A DNA stretch of 64,000 nucleotides from contig OZ024743.1 in the NCBI GenBank assembly GCA_964016885.1, positions 108,314,001-108,378,000 on the forward strand, read 5' to 3'. The notes under the pieces are model-generated. The model saw nothing but the letters and a program-made list of their open reading frames with translations. It did no database searches and was not told the origin of the DNA. Made by a program: the position numbers and the translations under genes. Shown here in pieces: positions 1-12,678 of the stretch. This DNA is from Eledone cirrhosa. Lineage: Eukaryota. Position 1 is the first letter of the stretch. Each line of letters opens with the position of its first letter.

Positions 1-678
1 GGATAAATTTCACTTTGGGCCAATAGGAGTAGGCAGAAACCCGAGAAGATGAAGACAACCAATATATTATATACTATAGACAAATTTCATTTGATCCTTG
101 ACAAGTGATAGTCAGATGGAAGTTTAGGATAAGGGCATAAGCCAGCATCTTAATAACAACCCCACACACATATTCACATACAAATATGAAACATACAGAC
201 ACCCAAACGGCTGTCTATGGGCCTGTGTGTGTGTATATATATATGTGTGTGTGTGTTTGTGTGTACCAATGTGTCTGTGTGTACATAAGAAACTTCATCA
301 CTTTATTTTAAATATGTATAAAATTACATCTACTTTATATATACCCGGTCAAGTTAATGATACTTGACATAATGAGGCTCCACGTGTGTTTGTGTATGTG
401 TATGTGTGTGTTAATATTTAGCGCAAGTATGTATTTGTTTGTTTTAGACGGAGAGATGAAGATACAGTCAGTAGATAATGATAACTTGAAATGTCACCCT
501 AAGAACACGTGTTTATATATATCACTCTCATACGCACATGCATACGCACATACATGTGCACACACATGGATACATACGTACGTACGCACACACGCACGCA
601 TATATATATAGTATATATATATATATATATAATATATATATATTTATACATATATATTTATATATATCTATATATATC

Positions 679-713
<35 letters not shown>

Positions 714-717
714 GGAG

Positions 718-797
<80 letters not shown>

Positions 798-1032
798 GAG
801 AGAGCGCGCGCGAGAGAGCGAGCGAGAGCCGCGCTTGAAGCGAGTGACGTCAGACATAGATATAGAGGAAACATCGACCCCAATACAATACTGGTACTTT
901 ACTATCTCGTAATTAGGACAGTGAGAGTTAAGTACATTGAGATATTGAACCCAGATCAAAGTTTGTCCGGATCAAATAACGGGACATTTTTAATTTGACG
1001 CCCTAGACTGTTCAATCGCGGCCATATATATA

Positions 1033-1066
<34 letters not shown>

Positions 1067-1106
1067 TATATATATATATATATATATATATACTATATAT
1101 ATATTA

Positions 1107-1151
<45 letters not shown>

Positions 1152-1284
1152 ATAAATCTACTAACATATACGGTAGTGTCTAATCCGTATGAAGAACTGA
1201 ATGTAATCCCAATATAGAAGATATCATTAAAAGAGAAGATGCATTCAACACTTTTCGATAAAAATAAAGGAATAGAGAGTCAAG

Positions 1285-1642
1285 ATAAATTAATAAAAAC
1301 AAAGAAATAAACACAGAGACCGTTCCTTATAATAAAAAAAATCATTATTTACGATCGTTTCTGGGATGTATATGTGTGTTGGTATGTATATCATCTAGAT
1401 CTATGTAAACATATTACAATTATCAGAGGAAATATACATACCTTCACATATACACATACATTTCTGTGGACGGCATGTATATGTGAAGGTATCTATATTT
1501 CCTCTGATAATTTGTAATATTTTAACACAGATCTAGATGATATACATACCAACACACATATACATCCCAGAAACGATCGTAAAATGCTGATTTTTTTAAT
1601 ATAAGGAACTTGGTTTTTCTGTTTATTTTATTGTTTTTATTA

Positions 1643-1648
<6 letters not shown>
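1285..1648. mobile_element. Foldback (inverted-repeat) element with a hammerhead-like motif, Penelope pLTR-like
   Basis: Arms of about 170 bp (1285-1454 vs 1476-1648) are reverse complements, e.g. tttacgatcgtttctgggatgtatatgtgtgttgg / ccaacacacatatacatcccagaaacgatcgtaaa; the right end runs into (TA)n. Confidence 0.75.
1459..1586 (+). ncRNA. Type I hammerhead-like ribozyme, one core substitution, long stem II
   Basis: Stem I cattt(1459-63)/aaatg(1582-86); core CTGTGGA (1464-70; consensus CTGANGA); stem II atgtatatgtg/cacatatacat; GAAAC-gatc-GTA (1570-81) with palindromic stem III. Confidence 0.6.
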
Positions 1649-1692
<44 letters not shown>

Positions 1693-2512
1693 CAATGTGT
1701 TTAAAACGATTAAATTTTAGTTTAGAACATTTATTAGTTGACAATTGTTTCTTCCAGAGGGAAGTCTCGATTCTTCGGAGGATAAGGAATGTCAAAAAAC
1801 ACTTGAAAATTTGCATTGAGCCTTTTGTCATATCGGTACCGGTTAGTACTTAGTACTACCCTACATATTTATTGTTGTATCAAACATATATAAATATAAA
1901 TATAAATATTACTAGTATATATATATATATAGATATATATATATATGTATGTATATGTATATGTATATGTATATGTTGTATGCATGTATGAATGTTTCTT
2001 TGCGGAGAGAGACTCGTCATCTTCATCAAGATATATCTCTAGGAGAGTTCACTGTGATATGAACCTGCGACTTTGTTTGCATCAATGATGTAGATCAGTT
2101 CTTTTTTTTGGGGGGGGGGGGGAGTGGGGGGAAGGGTGTCAATGCATTCGATGTTTAGAGAATGCGATTGACCCCTTGCAAAGCCTTTCCTCACTTAAAA
2201 AAGCTTCAAGCACAGGCATCGCTTGATATTTGACTTTGTTTGCGATGCAAAGCATGACTGACCACAGGTAAGTCCCCTAGAAGGACTTAAAATGATCTCA
2301 TATATAAGTATCAAGCGATGGCATTACCCCGAAATCGAGTTGCAGCCATTATGTATGTGTATATGTGTATGTGTGTGTGTGTGTGTGTGCACACCCGCAC
2401 GTGTATGTATGTATGAGAGAGAGAGAGAGATAGTAAATGAGTATATCGGATTTCCGTCGGTCCAGATAAGTTCTTATATTGTGTTTTGAACACAGTATTC
2501 TGCTTTTAACAT

Positions 2513-2733
2513 TAATGTACAAGTGGCTGAGCATTTGCCAAGGGCTTCTTACACTAATTTGGTTCTCGAGGTGATTCAACGTGACGGAGTTTCACACAAT
2601 TATATCTATTTGAATCAAATGTGCAACTGATTTTTTCCAGCTTAGATGATTCGGACCACGCAATGCTGGGACTGGAATTCACAAGATTACGATCGTGATC
2701 CGAACAGTCTAACTACAAAGCCACGTACCTTCA
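2513..2733 (-). mobile_element. Old SINE, second family, decayed
   Basis: Weak similarity to 31060-31330 (ttaatgtacaagtggctgagc vs ttaacgtgcaagtaggtgagc; acgatcgtga vs acaatcgtga); tRNA-like head at the right end. Confidence 0.4.
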
Positions 2734-2770
2734 TGTGTAGTACGTAAATATAATATATCTACAACACATT

Positions 2771-2957
2771 GTGGATTGGCAGTATCGGTAGAGGGTCGGA
2801 CGCCATGCTTTGACGCATAGAGTTACGGCCCTTGCTATTCTGAGTTTAAATCCCGCCGAGGTTAACTTTGCCTTTCATCCTCATGGGGTCGATAAAATAA
2901 AGAACCAGTAATGCACTGAGTAATTGCTGGCCTTGTGCCAAAAGTAGAAACAATTAT
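2771..2957 (+). mobile_element. tRNA-derived SINE (main family)
   Basis: Pol III A box tggcagtatcggtag, B box gagtttaaatccc, central gttaactttgcctttcatcc...ggggtcgataaaataaag (resembles the Meta/MESC-type SINE domain, from memory), tail ccttgtgccaaaagtagaaacaatt; many copies in the window. Confidence 0.9.
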
Positions 2958-3172
2958 CTTCAATATCAACCATTTTGGCAAAAATGAAGTTAAAACGGTC
3001 CACAGGAAATCGAATGTTTATGTATAGTTTAAAAATGGGTTAAAGTTTCATACAAATCGAAGATTATAGAAAAAACTAAGGAGTATATTTAAAAATACTT
3101 TATCTTTAATCGCACAGAATATATATTTTTTACATTTGTAAGAAATATTATATAGATTTAAGTTTTATCAAA

Positions 3173-3203
3173 TATTACCAGTTTCGCAAATCTTATCAAA
3201 TAA
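3173..3203 (-). ncRNA. Decayed minimal hammerhead motif
   Basis: Minus strand tat-TTGATAA-gatttgc-GAAAC-tg-GTA-ata; two core transitions. Confidence 0.35.
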
Positions 3204-3280
3204 TGAATAATTTATATTAAATAAAAATCTTTTCCCATAGGTTGCAAGATGTTGAGCATATGTGTATTGTCTTATATATA

Positions 3281-3368
<88 letters not shown>

Positions 3369-3971
3369 ATACTTTGGGAAGGCCATGTTGCCAATAATTC
3401 AGAAACGAAATATATATATATATATATATATAGGTTTTATAGATTTGTGTTGGAGACGGTGGAAGTAGTATTCAACAGTGTGTATATATATATATGATAA
3501 TAGATAGATAGATATGTAGATATAAATCGTAACGAAATTTATGTAAGTATATAATTTATAGTATTATATCGTGTTTTCAAGTGTTTGAAGTAGTCAGTAT
3601 TAAAGTACAGCATAAAGGTTATTGGTCTGGTGATTTCGTATTGTGAATTATCTTTCTATTGTTATATGCCTATATATAAGGTGAATCTCAGAGAAAACGC
3701 AGCCCAGTCAACCCAGTAAGATAGTCAGACCTTGACTTTCAAGTTGTCATTTATTCGAAACGTAATTAATTTATCTATGCTTAGCTGGACATATTGCCAA
3801 AGGGACATGTCGCTTTCATTATAATGAAAAACAACATAAGAACCCTCTATGTCTCTCTTTTCCTTTCAATATTTATTTATTTATGTGTATCTCTGTTGGA
3901 GTGTGTGGATATGTATATATTCGTCGCCATTTTTCTGTTTCCTTCCCCTCTCTCTCTCTCTATTATATGTC

Positions 3972-4011
<40 letters not shown>

Positions 4012-4032
4012 CTTCTAAACATATATATGTAT

Positions 4033-4486
<454 letters not shown>

Positions 4487-4610
4487 TTTAAATTCTGATG
4501 CTCTTCCATCGTTTTCTCTCTTGTTCTGTTGGTGTCGTTTTTAACTACTTATGTATAAACACACACACTCACAAATACGTATATATTTATGTATCTCTCT
4601 CTCTTTCTCT

Positions 4611-4674
<64 letters not shown>

Positions 4675-5134
4675 TCTCTCTCTCTCTCTTTCTCTCCATA
4701 TATATATATATAAGCTGACATATTTACGCAAACATACACATCTTCACTGAATCTTCCATATGTGTGTGTAAGAGCGTGAATGCGTGCGTGCCTCATATTT
4801 CTTCAAATCTAACACGCTATTCTATTTTGTTCTTTTTTCCATTTCCTCTATTTACATTATTCCCATTAAATTCAACATGGCCATTTCTTTACATAAATAA
4901 AACAGTAAATTCTATAAACTTAAAGCACCTTATCATTATTTGGAGGCTGTCACTTGTGTTTAATAAGGTATCTTCAAAATGGCATTATTAATAAAATGGA
5001 AATCTAGGCCATTGGTGTAGAAAAATAATAGTCATTATGACAACAACGATATTGTTGTTGTAATTTATGCTGCTGTTGTTGTTGTTGTTGTTGTTGTTGT
5101 TCTTCTTCTTCTTCTTCTTCTTCTTCTTCTTCTT

Positions 5135-5165
<31 letters not shown>

Positions 5166-6031
5166 GTATTATTAGTATTATTATTATTATTATTCATTTG
5201 CACTGTTGTGACCTTATTAGTTTTAGTAGTAGTAATTTTTTTTAAAACTAATTATTTTCATTAATATTTAGTTTTGATAATCCTGATAATTATAACGATA
5301 ATATTAATAATCTTAATAATCATGATGCCCATTATGATTATAGAAATAATTTTATCTTCATTAAAATAAGCGAATGCTGCACGTACAGTAACCCTTTTCC
5401 ACTCCGATTTCTCAAACTATAGGGATACTAATTATAATTGGCATTTGACCAACATCATATCTTTAAACGAGAGTGAGGGATACATTTAAAGAGAGAGAGG
5501 GAGATAGAGAGGGAGAGGGAGAGAGAGAGAGGGAGAGAAAGAGATAGAGAAAGCGAAAAATAGAATAGTACAACCTCTACTACTAATACTAATACAATTA
5601 TTACTATCACTAGTGCTACTACTACTTCTACTTCCTTCTCTGTGAGTCTATTTAGCTTATCTTGGCTCATTTCCCCGAAGTAGGAAAGCCTCCATAGGGC
5701 TATATTCATATTTTGTTTAATTTGTTGTGTCTGTTGTTGATTTTTTTTTTTCGTTACTCTACTTCATTAAAGAATTCAATTTCTTCCTAATGAACTCACA
5801 TAGCAGAATACATGAATACATGAATAAACAACAAGAACAAAACCGTATTTCATTTATAAGATGTTGCCTCTGAACTGGCACAGACATTTTCCTCTAATTT
5901 ATTTGTGTTCTTTTGTATGTAATATTCTATTTTTCATTTTCAAAATACATTTCTCACTCCCTCTGGGTCTCTCTTTATCATATAAAATACAATAATAGAA
6001 ATATTATATATTATAAGCGTATGTGCGTATG

Positions 6032-6076
<45 letters not shown>

Positions 6077-6086
6077 GAGGGTGGTG

Positions 6087-6157
<71 letters not shown>

Positions 6158-6325
6158 ATATATATACATATATATATACATGTGCGTATGTGTTTGTGTG
6201 TGTGTGTCTGTGCATGTGTGTGTGTGATTATTTATTTCACACACGCACATAATATGCTACACCACTTCCATCATACGTCCTCTCTCACTGAACGCCCTCA
6301 CCCTCTCTCTATCTCTCTCTTTCTC

Positions 6326-6393
<68 letters not shown>

Positions 6394-6397
6394 TACA

Positions 6398-6461
<64 letters not shown>

Positions 6462-6483
6462 ACACACACACACACACATATAT

Positions 6484-6514
<31 letters not shown>

Positions 6515-6884
6515 TATTCAGGCCAATAGATTCCTATTAGTAGGTACATGGAAATTAATATCTCTCCTTGCTATCATAGAAAGCACGAAGGCGAATATTA
6601 TGTAGAATTAGTGACAGCATGTAACAAACCAATACAACAATACATCAAAGATAGCAAACTATGAATATATGATATTTAAAAAAAAAATAAAACACCAGAT
6701 GATGTCTCTAGATATGTTTTCGTTCCCTGACAACACGTGATACACTTTGAAAGCACTTAAACCTAAACGTCATTTGGTAGTGTACGTCCCAATCGAATCT
6801 CACGTCTCTTTTTCTCAAACCTCTTATCTCTTTTTCTCCGGGTCTCTCTTTCTCTCTTACTCATTCTTTCTATCCCCTTCTATG

Positions 6885-6954
<70 letters not shown>

Positions 6955-6955
<1 letters not shown>

Positions 6956-7439
6956 TTAGGTTAATAGGAGTTAGGTATTGTATACCCGTGTCCCATTAAG
7001 GTATTGGCAGCATAATTTAATTACAGATTATTATTATTACTCTTATTCCATTTCTAATTACCTCATGTACTTTCTCCTCCGTTATATATATATTGTATGC
7101 CCTTTATGTGTGTGTAGCCTCTGCACACCCTCTGCACCCTACTATCGACGCCACCCCATATATGGCTCCACTAACCACTCGACTCCCGGGAATGAATATG
7201 ACCACAGCTAGTAAACAGGGACCCACATCCCACCCCCCGCACCAAAATTAGACTTATCGTCCCCTGCTTTTGCTCTTTACTCTCTTTACTCTTTGTTCTT
7301 GAATGTTTTGTTTGTTGGTAGAGTCCATAACACCAATCAAACCCCTTTTATAGCTCTGAAGAAACCTACGGTTACGTAAGGAAGAAACATTGTAAGCCAA
7401 TAAAAATTTGTTGATGTTGTAGACGCTCTTGTGTTCTTT

Positions 7440-7443
<4 letters not shown>
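6955..7443 (+). mobile_element. ORF-less (TA)n-embedded element with a 3' hammerhead (Penelope pLTR-like)
   Basis: About 490 bp unique island between two (TA)n arrays; hammerhead at 7353-7397 followed by AATAAA (7399-7404). Confidence 0.55.
7353..7397 (+). ncRNA. Minimal type I hammerhead ribozyme
   Basis: gct-CTGAAGA-aa(cctacg gtta cgtaagg)aa-GAAAC-att-GTA-agc; stem I gct/agc; base of stem II mismatched. Confidence 0.6.
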
Positions 7444-7511
<68 letters not shown>

Positions 7512-7603
7512 CATAGATACATACACATCTATACGCATGTCAAACAGTCAAGCAGCTGTAACAAATTAAACGACACGGTATAATGATTTACGCTTTATAT
7601 AGT

Positions 7604-7677
<74 letters not shown>

Positions 7678-8539
7678 TTAATCGATCACCATGGATATTT
7701 ATTGAAAAACAGTAAATGCTCTCGAAAAAAGCATTCGAGTGAGATGAGGTTCATTCTTCGCAACCACCACAGTCCACTTTTAGGTGTATGTTATCTTTAT
7801 AACGAATACTTAATTTGTTGGGGGTGATGTCGTATTCCAGCTTGATCCCATTTTGCTTCAGCTGAATCACTTGAAGACGGATGATTCTGATAGGATCCAC
7901 TAGGAGGTTTGATTGGGGGTTCTGGAATGGATGAACGAAGAAAAAGTTTTTTCCGTCAACAGATTTATTTCAATGTTCTCAGAAATGTAAATTTCCCAAA
8001 GATAGGATGATAATGCAGATAAATGAAGTCGCATGTGTTAGCCTTAATTCGCTCGGATTAACTCTTACATTAGCAACTTAGCCAATGTAGGCATTGGTTC
8101 TAGGAAACACAAGGCCTTCTATTTAAATTAAAACCTTTCAGCCTAATTCCCTATAGGAAACATACGTTAAGTTGTTATTTTTTTTTATTTTTTATAATTT
8201 ATCTTTTTAATAAATCTACCAAAATTATACATTAATTAATTGAAATAAATTGTATTTCATTAGAAATATGTTTACGAAATGTATAACAGTAGAACTGGCC
8301 TGGAAGCATTATCATTTAATCTATATGTATATAAAATGTGTATAGAAACCGATGTTTATATAAAATGTATATATAAACTTCTGTGTATATAGAATTGCCT
8401 TAAATTATTTGCATGCTTGAATATTGTTTAATTTTTTTATTTATTTTCCTCCTCAAGTCAAGACATATATAGCAATCAATGACTATGAGTAACACACACT
8501 GGCAGATGCACACTACACATACACTTAAACACACACATA

Positions 8540-8577
<38 letters not shown>

Positions 8578-8956
8578 TTTTGTTTTGGAGGAGAGGTAGG
8601 CGAAGTAAATATATAATAAAATGAATATTGATTTAATTCTCATAGAAAATGTATATAAAACATATTACAGATAAAACACACATGCTTACATATATGTATA
8701 CACACCCCACCACATACACATACACACAAACACATATATATACACGGAAAAAATCTCGTGCGCTTGTGCGTGTAAAATGAAAGGAGTGGTTATGTACTCG
8801 TGAGCAAATATTAACTGAATGAGAACATAATCCATGTGCGCAGAGCATTGTCATCCGAAGATAACTTGGAAGTAGCTTCCAAAGTTGGGTAATGGTACAC
8901 ATGTATGTATGTATGTGTGTATGTATGTATGTATTTATGTATGTATGTATGTATGT

Positions 8957-9620
8957 CAGGTCACCAGTTGGTGACCTGGTAAAATGTATCCCAGTACAAC
9001 CTGTCCCATGGTCGGGTCATTGGCGACTCAACTGGCAACCCCACCAAGGTTTCTTGGTGAGGAGGGTGACTTTGGACATCCTGCAGGACTAAAAACAAAA
9101 CCTGTCAAAGGGCAAAGGAGCTCTTAAGAGTCAATGGCCATCCAAAATCACCGGGAGAGATGATCCCTTAGCCTTTGTGAAGGCAGAATTCTAGGAGAAG
9201 GAAAACTCTGATATAACACCTGCAACCCTGATGGTATCCAATGATGTTGACTTGTTCTTCTTTTTGGTAAATATCATCTTGGTTAAGAGAGTGGGAATGG
9301 TTTTGTGCAGTGCCTTTGCTCACTATAAAAGCTTCACGGCACATGTATTGCTTTATATCTGGAGATCTCTCTACACTTGTCATCACACGGTACCATGGGC
9401 CCAGTACTATGTGTCAATAATTGTCACAAGTGTAGTGTTTGTACCAGAGTTTTGAAGTCACTGGCTGGACTAAAAAGTCACACTCGTTCAGCGCATCGGT
9501 AGGGGTTCTCCTACATCGATGTAATGTAGTGGCCGTACTCGAAAACGAGTTGGCAGCCACCATGTATGTATGTATGTATGTATGTATGTATGTATGTATG
9601 TGTGTACGTATGTATGTATG
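8957..9620 (+). mobile_element. Bipartite non-autonomous RTE-derived retroelement with (TATG)n tail
   Basis: RTE 5'UTR-like motif ctaggagaaggaaaactctga (9191-9211); 3' part translates CHKCSVCTRVLKSLAGLKSHTRSAHR* (9422-9502, C-x2-C-x12-H-x4-H) like RTE ORF C-termini; flanked by (TATG)n; second copy at 58498-58827. Confidence 0.75.
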
Positions 9621-10231
9621 TGTGTTTATGTTTGTGTTTGTTTTTGAATAGCAGAAATTTCACAAGCAAACATAAGGCCCTCAAATTGAATGCTAGGCCT
9701 GCCAGAGAGGACTGTCAAATCTCTTCTCGTGGTCTTAAATAATATAAAGTAGTTGTCAAGAACTAAATGTAATGGCCTTCTCCTCTCCACAATATTGCTG
9801 GACGTGTGCCTAAATTGTTCATATTTATTATTACTATTGTTATAAATCTCCCCACAAAAGTATTATAAAGATATTGAGAAAGTATAAAATAATAATAAAT
9901 TCATAATTATCATTTTCAATATTAAAAAGAAATATAGAATGAATAATACTATATCAAGTATACTCAAAAAATATGTCCACACTAGCTTACTGACGATAAC
10001 AACATGACAGATCTTATCATTTCACTATCATCATCATCATTATCATCTACCTTACATGCAAGGGCACTTAGCTCAGCGAGGATTCATAGATGCTCAGTCA
10101 TGTAATGCGGCGTTTCACGTGTATTTTAAACCTGTCGGAATCCATCACTTTACAGGTTTGAACACAGCAGATTTCTTCCTGAGTGAAACAGAGAAAGGAG
10201 ATGGTAAAGAGATCTGAATCAAGAATTGGTG

Positions 10232-10370
10232 GCAGTACTTCATTGACACCTTATCTATCGACCTCGAAATTACAAAATAATCTAAGTTGAAATTGGCGAG
10301 TTTTGAACTCACAGCACATTTCGGCAAGTATGCTATCCATCGTTCAGCGTCTACAAATTCACCAACTTCA
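10232..10370 (-). mobile_element. Decayed SINE (main family)
   Basis: tatcgacctcgaaa...aagttgaaattggcgagttttgaactcacag resembles the reverse complement of the SINE core and B box. Confidence 0.45.
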
Positions 10371-10530
10371 TCTTCTGCAATAGCAATATCTATAACTATA
10401 TAACACCCACAATAACTTCAAAGATATTACCGCTACCTGTAACTATCGACATAATCATCAATATCATTATCATCTTCATCACCAAATCTTACTATAGCAA
10501 TATCAATACACACACACAAGCATCCCCCCT

Positions 10531-10625
<95 letters not shown>

Positions 10626-11254
10626 CAAGACAGCTACAACGATACTACAAATATCATAACCAGTACTACCACACAGCTAACATCAACATCATTAATTTGT
10701 ACAGTAGGAAAACCAATATTATATAAAATCCGCAACAGCAACGGCAAAAATAATGATAATAATAATACTAATAATGACGATAATAGTAAATATTGATAGT
10801 ATGGAAAAATAAATCAACATATGTAAGTAAACAATCATGAATTGATGGTAAATTGTACAAATACCTATGTAGACATTATTGGATAGTCAGATGGCCGGAA
10901 GCGGAAGTAAGCATAAAATGATTTTACTGTAAAGAAATATCGATTACGACATTTTAAATTTCTGTTGTTCCTCTTTTTATTTGCCCATGTGAATGAACCA
11001 AATGAAGATAATTGAAAATAACTATACCTAGATAGACGACAACGACTTTGGTGATTATAATGATGATGATAAAGAGAATATATAGATAAAAATGAAAGAA
11101 TGAGGAAAATAAAATGGCAGCATTGGCGAGGTGTGAGGATAGTGACGGGATGGATATGAATACGGCATAACATTTACTATTTAGTATATATATAATACCA
11201 ACGTTTTAAAAAACCACGCGCGAACCAAATAAATATATATGTCTCTGAATATAT

Positions 11255-11348
<94 letters not shown>

Positions 11349-11527
11349 CTTAGAGTTTACACTCAATGGGGTCATTTACAATCATTTCAGCTCTAAGAAT
11401 CGCTTCTGAGCAGAATAAATTTATGTTGTTGAATTAAGATATTTCATTCTAGCGATTTTATTAGTCAATATATATATATATATATATATAATATAAGATC
11501 AAAAGATGGTTAAAGGAGTTCCATATA

Positions 11528-11594
11528 TTTTATTATGCGCATTTCAAAAACAAACATCATCAAGCAATAATATTTGTGTTTTCATCAGATAAAA
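11528..11594 (-). ncRNA. Type I hammerhead ribozyme, intact core
   Basis: Minus strand ttttat-CTGATGA-aaacacaaatattattgcttgatgatgtttgttttt-GAAAT-gcgc-ATA-ataaaa: 6-bp stem I, about 16-bp stem II, palindromic stem III atgcgcat, AUA cleavage triplet. Confidence 0.8.
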
Positions 11595-11691
11595 CAGGAG
11601 AACATGATATGAAGGCTAAAAAACACTTGTGGATAGTGCAGTTTTAAATCAACATATGAAAAGTGGTTTTAGATTGATGTGTGATATTGGG

Positions 11692-12110
11692 AAAAATATT
11701 TTATTTAGAGAGGGGGGGGGAGGATGAAAAGGGAAGGAGATGAGAGGGAGAGATGGGTGATAGAGAGAAAGAGATAGTTTTTATAACTGAGAGGAGATAT
11801 ATTTTTTACATAGAGAGGTTGAAAACCGTTGGAAGATACTGTATAAATTAAAAATTTTGAAAATTAACGAAGGGAGGATATGTGCGAGGAAAAAATATTT
11901 TATTTAGGGAGGGGGGGTGGAAAGGATGAAAAAAAGGGGGAGGAGATGAGAGTGAAGGTGGAGAGGGAGAGATGGGTGATAGAGAGAAAGAGATAGTTTT
12001 TATAACTGAGAAAAAGATATATTGTTTTAATATAGAGAGGTTGGGAACCGTTGGAAGATAATGTATAAATTAAAGGAATTTGAAAATTAACGAAGGGAAA
12101 TTATGTATGA
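11692..12110 (+). repeat. Tandem duplication, about 200-220 bp x2
   Basis: aaaaatattttatttag...gatgggtgatagagagaaagagatagtttttataactgag...aaccgttggaagata...gaaaattaacgaaggga occurs at 11692-11890 and 11891-12110. Confidence 0.9.
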
Positions 12111-12362
12111 AGATAGAGAGAAAAAATTATAATTGTGGGTGAATATTCTAACGTCAAAAGAAGAAATGTATGTATTGTGGCAATTTCAAAATTAGCGAAG
12201 AGAAAAATTGTTAAGGTTTGTGTGTAGAAGGATTTGAGAAAAATAATGTGAAGTTAAAGTTTGTATATTGAATTGATAATATGTGCGAATAAAGAGTTAA
12301 TATGTATTAATAATGAGTTCGTTGATGGGGACTATGATTGTATTACAATAAAACTCACCTCC

Positions 12363-12433
<71 letters not shown>

Positions 12434-12594
12434 AATTAGTATATCTACCAACATATATATACAGATGCACACCTATGCTAGCAAACATATAGGTTTTGTC
12501 TTAGTAACTTTGTGGTTCAATGCAAGGGGAGGCAGAACAATTATATGAAAAACGTAAAATAAGAAAATTATAAAATTTACTTACTAAAATTTCA

Positions 12595-12678
12595 CTCCAA
12601 CTGATTAGTTTCTGAAAGGGAATAAACATGGTTTCCGAGTGGAACGACATGGAGAAATATCCTTTCGTCATCAGGGAG
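12595..12678 (-). ncRNA. Type I hammerhead ribozyme (left-arm copy)
   Basis: Minus strand ctcc-CTGATGA-cgaaagg...cctttca-GAAAC-taatca-GTT-ggag. Confidence 0.7.

Larger units (their letters stand above)
11493..12365 (-). mobile_element. (TA)n-embedded ORF-less element with a 3' hammerhead and internal tandem duplication
   Basis: Bounded by TA arrays; hammerhead 11528-11594 near its minus-strand 3' end; pyrimidine-rich body on the minus strand. Confidence 0.6.

Noticed and set aside
2771-2860. tRNA gene
   Set aside because: A and B boxes belong to a multi-copy SINE head; no complete cloverleaf or oligo-T terminator
6074-6090. Mariner TIR fragment tacgagggtggtg
   Set aside because: Only about 13 bp with no partner end
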